This document shows positions 38,509 through 49,407 of a DNA stretch of 64,000 nucleotides, piece by piece. How positions within the stretch are numbered: the stretch's first letter is position 1; each line of letters opens with the position of its first letter. Position numbers and translations under genes: made by a program. Source of the DNA: Bacteroidales bacterium (GTDB taxonomy: Bacteria > Bacteroidota > Bacteroidia > Bacteroidales > JAADJA01); NCBI GenBank assembly GCA_020052415.1, contig JAGVPB010000078.1, positions 146,642-210,641 of the forward strand, given 5' to 3'. The notes under the pieces are model-generated. The model did no database searches. It saw nothing but the letters and a program-made list of their open reading frames with translations, and had not been told where the DNA came from.

Positions 38509-39350
38509 TTGTAGCGTTTTATCGGTTGTTCACAAATAAAAACAGCATCATTTTTTGTGATCCTGCAGCCGTCCTTACTGCAAAATCGTTCAACCAGGTT
38601 CTTTTCAATCTGATGGTAAAGTTTATTATCTCCCGACAAGCCGTCCGGCATAAAAAACGATCGCTTGTAGCTGAAATAATTAAGAAACTCCTCGACTGTG
38701 GTTTCAGAAAATACCAGCTCATTTTTAAATTCCCTCTTCTCAACTTTTCCGAAATATCCTGACAGTATTGACTCTCCCCTCTCGGCAGTAAAGTTATTAA
38801 TAAGCCTGTCATGAGGAAGCAAATTCACATGTTTAAATCCTTTATCGTGGATGATTCTTAATACAGTATCGGTAAGTTCCCGTAAGTGTGTGGAAGCATG
38901 AGTGATGATGATGACCTTTCCTTTTTCATTAACAATATTAACAACAAGAGGTAATATTTCAGGAAAGAAATAAATGGAATAGCTGCTCAGCACAATATCT
39001 GTTTCTGAAGGATTAAATGTTGAAATTATTTGAACACCGGAATTATGAAATTCACCGGTAATACCAATATTTTTACATACTTCCAGATAATCCTTCCGGT
39101 ATTCTTCATGACAATCAATCCCGGAAATAAAAGAACCGGTTTGAATTTTATTCTTTAATGCTTCTGTAAAGAACCCGAAACCGCAGCCCAGGTCAACAAA
39201 TCTTTTTTTGCCTGTAAAATCTATTCCTTTCAGGGCCAGTTCCCTGACATCATTAGTATTTGTAGAATACGACCTGATGATATCCGCACTTTCAATATGT
39301 CCCCTGGTATTACGAAAAACATCAGAAAGTTTTACCCCTTGCTTAATCAT
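38505..39350 (-). CDS. Class I SAM-dependent methyltransferase
   Basis: VDLGCGFGFF motif I, GID; overlaps the NUDIX start by 4 nt. Confidence 0.85.
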   Translation of the reverse strand: MIKQGVKLSDVFRNTRGHIESADIIRSYSTNTNDVRELALKGIDFTGKKRFVDLGCGFGFFTEALKNKIQTGSFISGIDCHEEYRKDYLEVCKNIGITGEFHNSGVQIISTFNPSETDIVLSSYSIYFFPEILPLVVNIVNEKGKVIIITHASTHLRELTDTVLRIIHDKGFKHVNLLPHDRLINNFTAERGESILSGYFGKVEKREFKNELVFSETTVEEFLNYFSYKRSFFMPDGLSGDNKLYHQIEKNLVERFCSKDGCRITKNDAVFICEQPIKRYN

Positions 39351-39449
39351 ATCAGTGGATTATATTGGTCAAATGTAGTAAATTTTTTGCCCTAAGCATA
39401 TTTATTGGTGCAATCTATTAGACTGTTTAAAAATGAAAAATTATGTTTG

Positions 39450-39589
39450 AGATTCTTCGCTTCACTGCGTTCCGCTCAGAATGACAATTGAACAGGAGGT
39501 TGAGAGGGGAGGCTATTGGCGGCTCCGCCGCCAATAGCCTCCCCTGATAAACAGGATTAATGTGTCATTCCGAGTGAAGCGAGTAATCT
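39450..39589. repeat. Palindromic REP-like element (AGATT.TTCGC...GAATGACA family) with a perfect 19-bp internal stem
   Basis: Outer imperfect inverted repeat 39450-39486 / 39563-39589; inner AGGGGAGGCTATTGGCGGC-TCC-GCCGCCAATAGCCTCCCCT (39505-39545). Confidence 0.85.
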
Positions 39590-39759
39590 ACAAAACTGAA
39601 CTTTGCATCTGTAAATTAATTTTTTCCAGTACACTCAAATAGGATTTAGCCCGCTCATTTCGTAAAAGACAAATTACAAACAATGATATTTTCCCTGGAT
39701 GGGGATGAATTATAGAAAGGTACAGACCGTAGCCCATACCAGAATTCATTTTGATCTTC

Positions 39760-40671
39760 CTACATCCACTTCTTCCTTTTAAAGAAGGTGTACATGCCGA
39801 TGACGATGATCATCATGGCACTTACAACGATCCAAAATGAACGGGGATCATTCTGTAATGGCAGGTTTACATTCATGCCGTACAGACCTGTTAAAAATGT
39901 AAGCGGGAGAAGAACAGAGGAGATCAGCGTAAGGGTCTTAATAATTTCATTCGTCCTGTTGGCCTGCATCGAATCGAATGTTTGCGACAGTCCTTCTATA
40001 AGTTCAGCATAGTCCTCGGTTAAATCCCACATTTGTTTATAGTAGTCGAGAATGTTGCTCCAGTAGTCTTCCATGTTATTGGCATAGCCTTCTATCTGTT
40101 TTGATTCGAACCTGGCAAACAACGGGAGTTGCGGTTTGAACATCGTATTGAGGGAAATGATATTTTTCCGTATGACCGAAATCCGCTCAATGGTTTGCTG
40201 CGCTCTGATATCGAACAATGACCGGTTGATTGCATCCACATCGTCACCGATCTTTTTGATGATCTTTTGGGTGGCTTTCATCAGGCGTTCAAGAATGGTA
40301 TAAAGTAAGGCGTCGCTGGTACCCACTTCAAAATCTTCATCTCTTGCTTCCATCTCCTTACCTTCCTTAAACATATCAGCAACCACCCAATGTGATTTAC
40401 CAATGGTGATCAGGTAATCCTCACCCCAGAATATCTTTATTTCCCTGATCCTGAGAAACCGGTTTTGCTTGTCGAAATCAGGGAAATGCAGGATGATAAA
40501 ATAGTAGTCGTCGTAAATATCAACTTTTGGTCGCTGGTTGTATTCTTCTTTACAGTCTTCGATGTCGAGTGGGTGGAAATGAAAGTTATCTTTCAGGTAG
40601 TTAAGGTTATCGTCGGAGGGATTAACGATATGATGCCATCTCAGTGTGCCGATTTTAATTGTTTCGATCAT
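39760..40671 (-). CDS. corA: CorA-family magnesium transporter
   Basis: FHPLDIEDC, QRPK, LPLTFLTGLYGMN. Confidence 0.93.
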   Translation of the reverse strand: MIETIKIGTLRWHHIVNPSDDNLNYLKDNFHFHPLDIEDCKEEYNQRPKVDIYDDYYFIILHFPDFDKQNRFLRIREIKIFWGEDYLITIGKSHWVVADMFKEGKEMEARDEDFEVGTSDALLYTILERLMKATQKIIKKIGDDVDAINRSLFDIRAQQTIERISVIRKNIISLNTMFKPQLPLFARFESKQIEGYANNMEDYWSNILDYYKQMWDLTEDYAELIEGLSQTFDSMQANRTNEIIKTLTLISSVLLPLTFLTGLYGMNVNLPLQNDPRSFWIVVSAMMIIVIGMYTFFKRKKWM

Positions 40672-40773
40672 AAGCCCTCCTTTCTTAATATTTTACTACA
40701 TCCCGATTTTGTTTAATTCACTTGATTTTTGATCATTTATATTTAAGCCTGAATAATTTATGAAAAACAATAA

Positions 40774-40857
40774 CTTAGTGAAACTTAGTGCTTTCGTGCC
40801 TTTGTGGCGACAACCCTTTTTGCCACCAAGTCACTAAGGCACAAAGAAAACACAAAG
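40774..40857. repeat. Inverted array of degenerate CTT(A/T)GTG / CAC(T/A)AAG units
   Basis: CTTAGTGAAACTTAGTGCTTTCGTGCCTTTGTGGC ... GCCACCAAGTCACTAAGGCACAAAGAAAACACAAAG. Confidence 0.8.
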
Positions 40858-40957
40858 CTTTTGAATAAATCAGGTTATTCTGCTAACTGCCCACAGTCTT
40901 TTATTTTTCCACTACTGCCGACTTCCTCCAGCCCGCGCAAAGATAAATAAATAACTC

Positions 40958-40993
40958 AAAAAAAAGGCTGGTCAAAATTTGATCAGCCTTTTT
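40958..40993 (-). terminator. Intrinsic terminator (bidirectional-looking)
   Basis: A8-GGCTGGTCAAA-A-TTTGATCAGCC-T5, just downstream of the 41013 gene. Confidence 0.8.
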
Positions 40994-41012
40994 GATTTTT
41001 ATTGATCCGGTA

Positions 41013-42863
41013 TTATTCGATCATCATTTTCTTCGAAACTGACGTTTCACCTGAACGTACGGTATAGAAATATATTCCTGAATCAAGCCCTTCGGCATTG
41101 ATTGTCAATTCAGCTTTTCCTGCCGGGTACTGTTTTTCCGGTACGGAATAAACCACCTGTCCGATAAGGTTGGTTACTTCAAGGCTTAAGTTTGCGGATT
41201 TGTCAAGCATAACGTAAACCGTTGAAGTGCTCTTAAAAGGATTAGGGTAATTTTGAGATACATTCGAACTGCTGATCAATTCTGTATTTTCATTTATACT
41301 ATTCAAAATATCCTCTTTAAACACAGTCATTACCCTTATTTGATTATCTGTTGGCGGATCGGCATCTCCCTGAACGTGCATGCCTGGCTCATTGTCTGCC
41401 TGATATGCAAAGTAGATGTTATCATCAGAATTTGCTGTTACTGATGGGAAAACACATTCATCAAAGATGTAAATCAGGTCACCGGTCAAATCATAAAATG
41501 TTCCCCATGACGTACCTCCATCAGGAGAGGTCCGGGTCCAGATATGCCTGTAATTTTGGGATCCGTTATTAAATCCTTCGGTAACTGAAGAATAAACACA
41601 AAACAATCTGTTCTGATCGTCAATTGATAGTTGAACCATACTTGATAATCCCCTGTAATAAACTGCAATATCCATAATATCAAGGCTTCCGTTACCATCA
41701 ATATCCTGGCTCCATCCGATCAGGTTATAATCCTCTATTAGTTCTGAGTAACCGCAATCAGAATAAGGGCATAGTGCATCCATATCATTGGTGAAAGCCG
41801 GCATGTTTTCATTCCAATATCCTACACCATCTACACCCGGAAACCAGTATTCCCCGCCCGAATCGCCATACGTTCTGTTAATGCCAAAAACTACATGAAT
41901 CAGTCCGTTATTGTCCATGGCAAGATGATGTGATCCGTCAACACAATAAAAAGTATCGGTAACTTCTCCGGTAACATGCAATGGGTATGGATTTTCCCAA
42001 ATCACGGTTTTTTCCCAGCTATCTCCGTTGTCGGTTGATTTCATAAGCACCATATCGGTCCAGGTATCGCAAACTAAAAATGCGAGCGTGTTGTTTTTAG
42101 GTTCCATAAATTCGTAAACATCTCCACCGATGTTGGTGTAATAATCAGGACCTAATTCTTCAAAAAAATGATTATTGACTTCCCACGATGCACCACCATC
42201 GGATGACCGTGAATAAAGTAATGCGTTTGTCTGGCCCATATATACAGTATAAGTGACCGAAATAAAATGGATAAACTCATGGTTTGTTCCGGTAGTTACA
42301 CCACGTGGCCATGAAATATCCACAGCACCTACGGGACCTTCCTGTATGGCCATAGTCCATAAGCCGGTACCTTTGTCAGTACGGATACCATACGCCAATC
42401 CGTCGGTCATGTGATGAACAACGAACATTTCACCATTTTCGCCATAGGGAGAATAAGAAGGCCATCCGGTTTTATAAGGTTCAACCCTGACAGTAGGAAT
42501 GGCTCCCCAGCTTGTGCCATCAAAATAATTATAGCCCGTACCTCTTGCAGCAAATGCTGTCGGATCCAATCCCATATTCCACACGGTTCCAATTGTTCCA
42601 TCATTGTAAAGGTAAAGCCTGTTCTGATCTGAAGCATTGGTCTGTAAATCGTACATCGTATTGCCTATCCACTCTTCAGAAAGCATTCCGGAGCTTTTAG
42701 TGCCCGGAACATAAGTTCCCTGTTGATTGCCGTTATCCTTAATAAGTGTGGCTGGTTTTATTACTGCAACATCTCTTTTTGCTTTGGGTAATACTGCCCT
42801 TTCCTGGGCGAAAATGCACACTCCAAAACCAAGTGTCAATAAGAAAAGTAAGATTTTTTTCAT
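41013..42863 (-). CDS. T9SS type A sorting domain-containing protein (BNR/propeller-like N-terminus)
   Basis: Signal peptide; Asp-boxes; canonical CTD SQNYPNPF...NLIGQ.V...GIYFY.V....SKKMMIE. Confidence 0.9.
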   Translation of the reverse strand: MKKILLFLLTLGFGVCIFAQERAVLPKAKRDVAVIKPATLIKDNGNQQGTYVPGTKSSGMLSEEWIGNTMYDLQTNASDQNRLYLYNDGTIGTVWNMGLDPTAFAARGTGYNYFDGTSWGAIPTVRVEPYKTGWPSYSPYGENGEMFVVHHMTDGLAYGIRTDKGTGLWTMAIQEGPVGAVDISWPRGVTTGTNHEFIHFISVTYTVYMGQTNALLYSRSSDGGASWEVNNHFFEELGPDYYTNIGGDVYEFMEPKNNTLAFLVCDTWTDMVLMKSTDNGDSWEKTVIWENPYPLHVTGEVTDTFYCVDGSHHLAMDNNGLIHVVFGINRTYGDSGGEYWFPGVDGVGYWNENMPAFTNDMDALCPYSDCGYSELIEDYNLIGWSQDIDGNGSLDIMDIAVYYRGLSSMVQLSIDDQNRLFCVYSSVTEGFNNGSQNYRHIWTRTSPDGGTSWGTFYDLTGDLIYIFDECVFPSVTANSDDNIYFAYQADNEPGMHVQGDADPPTDNQIRVMTVFKEDILNSINENTELISSSNVSQNYPNPFKSTSTVYVMLDKSANLSLEVTNLIGQVVYSVPEKQYPAGKAELTINAEGLDSGIYFYTVRSGETSVSKKMMIE

Positions 42864-43084
42864 AATATTATTTTTAAATTAAACGATATAATGTTTTTTA
42901 TCCTGATATTTTTAACTGTAAAATATTCACAAAATTAGACAATTAATCCTATTTAACGACCTGAATAATAAAACAGCGAAAGTAAAACAAATATTGGGAA
43001 ATAACTCATAGTAATCAGTTAACGGTACAGAAAAAAAAGTTAACGGTTTATTTCTAGGAAAAAATCAATTTCTCAATACCGGAT

Positions 43085-45448
43085 TTACTTCACAACCTTC
43101 AATGTTGTTTTACCATAGCAGTATTTACCGCTGCGGGTATAACCTCTTACAATGATGTCGTAAACGGCGCAGTGGTCGGATGAATAAAAATTCAATGGAA
43201 TATTTTGGGATGACAAGGCAATTTCAGGTTCCCAATAGAGTAAAGTTCTGAAATCAGGAATGTGTTCGTTTAACGGTTGCCCGATATCGTAGCGCGGAAA
43301 CGAAAGGGTGGAAGAGGAAGATATCGTTTGGAATTCTGCGAAAGCAGAAGCGTCAGGAAAATTTATTCCTGAAAAATCCCGTGATTTTGTTTTGATGGAG
43401 ATCACACCCTGAAAAATATTATTACCGAGTGCATAAGCGCCCGTTACCACCCCAATTTCAGAAACCTGCGAAGGATGGATTTTTATCAATTCATCCGCGT
43501 TGGGAAGAGGAATATGGTCCAACAAAATAAGCGGATCATTAAATAGCTGACCCGATGCCTTATCAAAAACACTGAAGCGGTAATGCCCGCCGGTTTCATT
43601 TAACCTGACCCAGGGAATGATTTCGTTGAAAACTTCCTTCATGGTATTGAGACCGACATAATCATCCGGTTTAACGGTCAGCATTTCGTTCCCGAATAAA
43701 AAAGGCAGTTCAGGAGTGTGGTTCGTTATTACTTTGCTTTCGTCAGGAAATTTTTGTGAAACCTGCTGATTTACCCAAAGCTGTTCAATAAGTGATCTTG
43801 CCGAAGAATCAGGAGGCAGGAATACATTTGTCAAATCGGGATAGTCACCCGAAAAATCGTTGTTGATGAAAAGCTCAAGTTCTTTATCAGCAAATGGTTC
43901 AGCATAGAAATACAGGTCATGATTTCCGGAAAGGAAATTCAAAGAAAAAATAAAACTGCCATCTTCATTGGTTATTGTGCTGTGAATCTGAAAATTCCGG
44001 AACAATACCGAAGCAAAAACCCTGACATCCGGGGCCGGAAGCCCGGTCCCCTTTTCCCTTACAAATCCACTGACAGACACATCCCTTATTTCAGGAAGAT
44101 AAATCAGCGGAACCTGATCATTTAACAGCCGGCTGCTGATCAACCTTATGGATTCCCTGCTCTTCAGGTAAAGGGCAATCCGAATCTGATCCTGAATATC
44201 TTCCGGCGGAGTTGCCGAATTTCGGAGGTAAGCTTCAATCAGTAAAGGATTCGCAATAAATTGTGGCGGAAGAAGATCATTCATTTCAATGTTCGTTCCA
44301 TGCATGACCACCGAAGCAGTTAAAAATGCCGTATCACCCGAAAGGCTGAAAGGAGAAATCAATTCACAGCCGATCCTCTCCCTCCTGGAAATAGTATCAA
44401 TTGTCAGTTGGATTGGGATTTCAATTGATTCATTCAAATTCAGGAACAGAGATTTAAACTGCTTTATTTTATTATCGCTGTCGGTCAGAACCAAATAATT
44501 AATTCCTTCATCAAAATTCATTAATGGAATGGAAACAGAATAACCAGTTCGGGCATTGAAAAAACCTGATTCGGACATTTCACTTGAATTGCCTGAAAAC
44601 ACTGCCAGTCGTAATTGATCATCCAAATTTTCATTTGCATTGGAACCTGCAATTTTACAGCGAAGTTCCGATACTGACCATTCTGTTTGGATTGAAAATC
44701 CGGTATCATGGGCCAGCGGAAATGCAACCAATTGGGGATTTTCATTGGCAAGTTCGACTTTCAGAAAATATTCTGTGGAATCGTTTGGCATATAGTTAAA
44801 AGCTGCCAATCCGTTGGCATAAGGCTTTAATTCGCTGACAATATTATGATTTTGATCTACTATTATAAATGACCTTGCAGCTTTCATTACCTTATCAGGA
44901 ATCCTTATCCCCACCCGGGCAGGAAAATTATTAACCAGGGTAATGCCGTCCGGGATTATTTCAATGGAATCATACTGTTTGAAGTGCGACTGGTTAATAG
45001 GGGTTACCGGATTAATGACCGTGAACCATTTTGTGAAATAGCTTTCGGAAGGGAAATTCCTTAAATATTGTGTGTAAGCACGTATATAATAATCACCCGA
45101 TATCAGTTCTTCGGGTATTGGCAGGCTGCCGGTCACTTTACCTTTTTCCAGTCTGAATTTTTCACGCCTGACGGATTTTTTCTCAGCATTAAATAATTCA
45201 ATATACAAAACGTTGCTCAACGGACTGGCTTCATGATTTTCCTTAAACAGACAGTGAGCAGTGAACCAAATGGTTTCTCCGGTGAGATATAAATCGCGGT
45301 CGGTGTAAATATTTACAACTTCAGGCTGAATTTCAAGAAGGTACTTTGCCGTTGAAATTCCACTGTGCTGTCCCTTTATAATCTCGTATTTAAGGATCAC
45401 CGTGAGTATTAGAGCAATTGAAACTTTTATATAATAAATCTTTCTCAT
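43085..45448 (-). CDS. Conserved Bacteroidota exported protein (MG2-like N-terminus, plug-like C-terminus)
   Basis: TDRDLYLTGETIWF, YYIRAYT, PDFRTLLYWEP, FYSSD...Y.I.V.G. Confidence 0.75.
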   Translation of the reverse strand: MRKIYYIKVSIALILTVILKYEIIKGQHSGISTAKYLLEIQPEVVNIYTDRDLYLTGETIWFTAHCLFKENHEASPLSNVLYIELFNAEKKSVRREKFRLEKGKVTGSLPIPEELISGDYYIRAYTQYLRNFPSESYFTKWFTVINPVTPINQSHFKQYDSIEIIPDGITLVNNFPARVGIRIPDKVMKAARSFIIVDQNHNIVSELKPYANGLAAFNYMPNDSTEYFLKVELANENPQLVAFPLAHDTGFSIQTEWSVSELRCKIAGSNANENLDDQLRLAVFSGNSSEMSESGFFNARTGYSVSIPLMNFDEGINYLVLTDSDNKIKQFKSLFLNLNESIEIPIQLTIDTISRRERIGCELISPFSLSGDTAFLTASVVMHGTNIEMNDLLPPQFIANPLLIEAYLRNSATPPEDIQDQIRIALYLKSRESIRLISSRLLNDQVPLIYLPEIRDVSVSGFVREKGTGLPAPDVRVFASVLFRNFQIHSTITNEDGSFIFSLNFLSGNHDLYFYAEPFADKELELFINNDFSGDYPDLTNVFLPPDSSARSLIEQLWVNQQVSQKFPDESKVITNHTPELPFLFGNEMLTVKPDDYVGLNTMKEVFNEIIPWVRLNETGGHYRFSVFDKASGQLFNDPLILLDHIPLPNADELIKIHPSQVSEIGVVTGAYALGNNIFQGVISIKTKSRDFSGINFPDASAFAEFQTISSSSTLSFPRYDIGQPLNEHIPDFRTLLYWEPEIALSSQNIPLNFYSSDHCAVYDIIVRGYTRSGKYCYGKTTLKVVK

Positions 45449-45452
45449 CTCA

Positions 45453-46613
45453 TCATTCTTCCCAAAAATCAGGTTTTACAATCGTTCCACCGCTCTTCCG
45501 GCAATCCATACACTCGGGTGCCGGAAGAGCAGGAGTTCCGAAGTCATCAGTAGTTACATAAATCGGCCAATCGCTTGGATTGCTTAAAAAAACGCTTGAC
45601 ATGCTTTCATAATCCTGCTGTCCCAATACGCATACAGGGTAATAAAATGTAACCGGCAGCATATCCGGAGTAACAAAAATTCTCCTTTTTGCAACCCCGG
45701 CCACCATGAAATATCCCAACACGGGTTCTTCCGGATCAGAAGTATTCACTAAGTTTCCTCTTATCTGATAAGGCTGGGTATTGTACAATCCGCCCTGGTT
45801 TGAGTTTTGTTCTTTGATGCTGTTCCAGAACTTGTAGGCCGTTTCCGACAGGGTAAATTGTTTTACCAGCAGGCTGTACCGGATGGCCAGTTCCCGTGTT
45901 TCGGTATCCACATAATTGAGCGGGACATCTGTTACTGCCGGTTCAGACTGATTTTTATCGGTATAGGAAAAAATTTCCTGCACTTTGTAGGTTCTCCAGC
46001 AGGTTTGAAGCGAATCGGAATTGGTAAAGGGCCTTAATGTGCCATCATATACAAGCGTGATCAGGAAGTCGGCCCTGTATTCATAAGTTGCTTCGAGTCG
46101 TGCCAGATAATAATTTGTATCGGAAACCGCAGATGCTGTATTCAGATAAAACTGATACCCGACCCTGTTATGTGTAAGGTTGTCCAGTGCATGATATTCC
46201 ACTTCGGGAAAGACGGTATCAATTTCTACAGGATTCTTTATCTCTTCAAATCCTGACTCATAATTCTTGCCTCCGGAAGTTATTATCTTAATTTTATATT
46301 GTCTTCCGATAGTGCCTTGTATTCCGGTTGAAGACGTTATATATGTACCGGGATCAATTTCCGTAAGCGTTTCCGACCCACCCTGGTCGTCCATGATCAC
46401 CACGGAAGCATTGGTGACGGGTATATTCTGTCTTTCATCCAATTTGGACGACATAGACAAAATTACTGTATAGGGCCCGGGTTCATTTGAAATATAACCA
46501 TCAACCACCAGCAGGTTTTCATATTTATCAAGAACCGGCCAGTACTCATCAACACAGGACGTGAACAAAACACTTGTAGCTATTAAAAGAATAACCTTCA
46601 TCTTAATTTTCAT
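45453..46613 (-). CDS. DUF4249 family lipoprotein
   Basis: Lipobox FTSC, LVVDG.I, Y..LVKQ..LS..AY.FW, GN...E.VLGYF, C..C near the C-terminus. Confidence 0.85.
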   Translation of the reverse strand: MKIKMKVILLIATSVLFTSCVDEYWPVLDKYENLLVVDGYISNEPGPYTVILSMSSKLDERQNIPVTNASVVIMDDQGGSETLTEIDPGTYITSSTGIQGTIGRQYKIKIITSGGKNYESGFEEIKNPVEIDTVFPEVEYHALDNLTHNRVGYQFYLNTASAVSDTNYYLARLEATYEYRADFLITLVYDGTLRPFTNSDSLQTCWRTYKVQEIFSYTDKNQSEPAVTDVPLNYVDTETRELAIRYSLLVKQFTLSETAYKFWNSIKEQNSNQGGLYNTQPYQIRGNLVNTSDPEEPVLGYFMVAGVAKRRIFVTPDMLPVTFYYPVCVLGQQDYESMSSVFLSNPSDWPIYVTTDDFGTPALPAPECMDCRKSGGTIVKPDFWEE

Positions 46614-49407
46614 AATTCCCTAATTTAAAGTTATAGGTAATAGAAAAAACCGGACTGCCAAAAATGGAAATTCTGTAGCCTTTTATTATTCCATTTTCCG
46701 ATTTAAAATAAACCGAATACGCATTTTTTCTGCCGGTAAGATTATAAACGGAGAAATTCCATGAACTATGTACGAATTTCTTCAGTTTCAAATTTCCTTC
46801 CAGGTTTACCGACACGTCAATTCTGAAATAATCCGGCAACCGGTATTCGTTCCTTCCTGAAAAATAGATTATTTTATTTCCATCCTGATAGTAAATAGCG
46901 GTAGGATATGTAATCGGCCGCCCGGTAGAATAAACTAAATTGCCTGAAAAACTGATTCGCCTCGAAATTTTGTAATTAGCAACAAGATTAATGGCATGGG
47001 GTTTATCATAATTTGCCGGGTAAGCCAAACCGAAATTATTCTCCTCGCCTGTAGCCGGATTGGCTGCTATTATTTGTGAACCGGACCAGGTATAATTGAT
47101 CCATCCATTCATTTTTCCATAAGGTTTTTTAACCATGAACTCCAAACCATAAGCCTTTAATTTTCCCTGAATAACTTCCGTTTCAGGTAACTTATTGGTG
47201 ATCAGTTCTGCGCCATCCTTATACTCTACAAGGTTTTCAGCTTCCTTATAATATCCTTCGACCGAGGTTTCGAGAATACTTCCAAAAATATTTTTGTAAA
47301 AACCCAATGAAAACTGATTGCCTGTCATGGGTTTGATGTTATAATCGCAAAGTTTCCACTTGTCTGCCGGTGAAATGGCGATGGTGTTTGAAAGCATAAA
47401 AATATACTGGTGCAATTTATTGTAACTTGCTTTCAGTGAAAGGTCTTCTTTAATGATGTATCTGGCGGCAATCCTGTAATCAAGTCCGCTATAAGTTTTT
47501 ATTAAGTCATTATTTGAAAAGGCCAAAGTATCTATAATACTTTCACCGGACAAAGGCTGGCTATCCATGTACGTGAAAACGGTTTTTGGACCAAGGTACG
47601 CAAACAGATTGTACCTGAGGCCGGCAATGATCTGGAGGCTGGGACTAATTGTCCACTGATCACTGATATATATTCCTGATTCAATCCCTTTTTCAGGTTC
47701 GAAAGTTTCAGGGTTAAGTGCTGAATTTTCATCCAGTGGTTGTAAATCGCCGGTTCTCAACTGGTACAGAATTGAATTTAGTCCCATCGAAAGTGTATGT
47801 TTGGAACCCGGCCTGATCGTGAGGTCAACTTTTAATTCGTTATGATTTAATTCATACGATTGTTTGTAGGCATACAGGTCATTTTCCATGTTTTTATCAA
47901 GGTAATCATAATTTCCTGAGGCAAATGTCGTGGTTAAAGTGTGCTTTTCTCTGATGATATGATTCCAGCTTAGTGAACCTCCCATATTCCGGTAATTATT
48001 GCTCGTAAGGGATGCTATGTTTGCATCATCATAACTATAATAACCAAACAGTTTCAACTCGTTCGAAGGATTGATCTTCAATGATAAATTGACAACTGCA
48101 TCGCCGAACCAGGCACTGCTTTTACGTAATTGCGAATCTTTCATGTATTGGAAAAGCCAGTCGGAATAAGTTGAACGCAATCCGATCAAATAGCTGCTTT
48201 TGTTTTTCGCTATCGGGCCTTCCACTGCGAGGCGCGCAGTAACAGGGCTGAGCCCTCCGGTTGCTTTAAATTTGTCCGGGTTTCCCTGCCGGGCAGTAAT
48301 ATCGAAAATTGAAGCCAGTCGTCCACCGTATGATGCAGGAATATTGCTCTTTAATAAAGTAAAATCGCTGACGGCATCCGAATTAAATGCTGAGAAAAAA
48401 CCAAATAAATGTGAAGAATTATATACAGGAACTGCATTGATATAAAACATATTTTGATCTGCCGGGCTGCCTCTTACATTAAACCCCGTACTGCCTTCAC
48501 CCACGGTTTGAACTCCAGGCAGCAGCAATGCGACTTTGATGATATCTCTTTCACCTAATACGACAGGAATTTCATTTATTTTTTTTACCGCCAGTTTTTC
48601 AAATCCCATCTGGGTTCCTTTTACATTATGTTCTTTTTCAGTGCTTACAACAAACTCATCCAGAAGGAATAAATTAGGTTCAAGGTAGATATTGAAACGA
48701 TCACTCGATAGAATATTAAGTTTATATTTTTCGGTTTTGCTTTCAATGCTTCTTACAACAAGGGTGTATTTGCCTTTATCGAGATTGAGAACATAACGGC
48801 CATTTTCGTCAGAAGTAGTCCCATTTTGTAATTCTTCGATATAAAGGGTTACATTGTCAAGAGGCAGGCTGTCTCTGTTGTTTTTTATATAGCCGGTTAT
48901 TGACGGTTTTAATTCATGCTGTCCCTCTTTTTTTGATCCCAGTGTTATCGTTTTTGCTATGAATTCCTTTTTTGTTACAAGAAAATCAACACTGGTTTTC
49001 TCAACTCCCGAAGAGGTATCAGGTGTTTTGGTATCCGGGAAAACCGAATGATAGAAATCAAACGGCAGGGATGTTTGAATAATCTCCTCTTTGCTTAAAA
49101 AAATGTTCCCGTACTTATCATAAGAAGGATAAATATTCAGGGGCACAAAAGTTTCTTTTAAAAAATTCTGAAGAGTTATGGATTCGGTTTTTAAAATGAC
49201 TTTAATATCCGCAATACTATCGGGATTATAAAATACCCTGATGTTATTTTCTTTTTCCAATTTTTCAACAAAATCCTTCCACGACAGGCCATCGTAATCT
49301 TTTGTTATGATTATTTCTTCATTCTGCCCCGATAAGGGTAAATTAGACAAAAACAGTAACCCAAAAAAGACAGCTATGAAAATATTAGTCTTCAGATAAT
49401 TCATCAC
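46603..49407 (-). CDS. TonB-dependent receptor
   Basis: Carboxypeptidase-like domain, LLPGV...GFNVRG..DQN, HLFGFFSAFN, YGGRLAS, barrel. Confidence 0.93.
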   Translation of the reverse strand: MMNYLKTNIFIAVFFGLLFLSNLPLSGQNEEIIITKDYDGLSWKDFVEKLEKENNIRVFYNPDSIADIKVILKTESITLQNFLKETFVPLNIYPSYDKYGNIFLSKEEIIQTSLPFDFYHSVFPDTKTPDTSSGVEKTSVDFLVTKKEFIAKTITLGSKKEGQHELKPSITGYIKNNRDSLPLDNVTLYIEELQNGTTSDENGRYVLNLDKGKYTLVVRSIESKTEKYKLNILSSDRFNIYLEPNLFLLDEFVVSTEKEHNVKGTQMGFEKLAVKKINEIPVVLGERDIIKVALLLPGVQTVGEGSTGFNVRGSPADQNMFYINAVPVYNSSHLFGFFSAFNSDAVSDFTLLKSNIPASYGGRLASIFDITARQGNPDKFKATGGLSPVTARLAVEGPIAKNKSSYLIGLRSTYSDWLFQYMKDSQLRKSSAWFGDAVVNLSLKINPSNELKLFGYYSYDDANIASLTSNNYRNMGGSLSWNHIIREKHTLTTTFASGNYDYLDKNMENDLYAYKQSYELNHNELKVDLTIRPGSKHTLSMGLNSILYQLRTGDLQPLDENSALNPETFEPEKGIESGIYISDQWTISPSLQIIAGLRYNLFAYLGPKTVFTYMDSQPLSGESIIDTLAFSNNDLIKTYSGLDYRIAARYIIKEDLSLKASYNKLHQYIFMLSNTIAISPADKWKLCDYNIKPMTGNQFSLGFYKNIFGSILETSVEGYYKEAENLVEYKDGAELITNKLPETEVIQGKLKAYGLEFMVKKPYGKMNGWINYTWSGSQIIAANPATGEENNFGLAYPANYDKPHAINLVANYKISRRISFSGNLVYSTGRPITYPTAIYYQDGNKIIYFSGRNEYRLPDYFRIDVSVNLEGNLKLKKFVHSSWNFSVYNLTGRKNAYSVYFKSENGIIKGYRISIFGSPVFSITYNFKLGNYEN

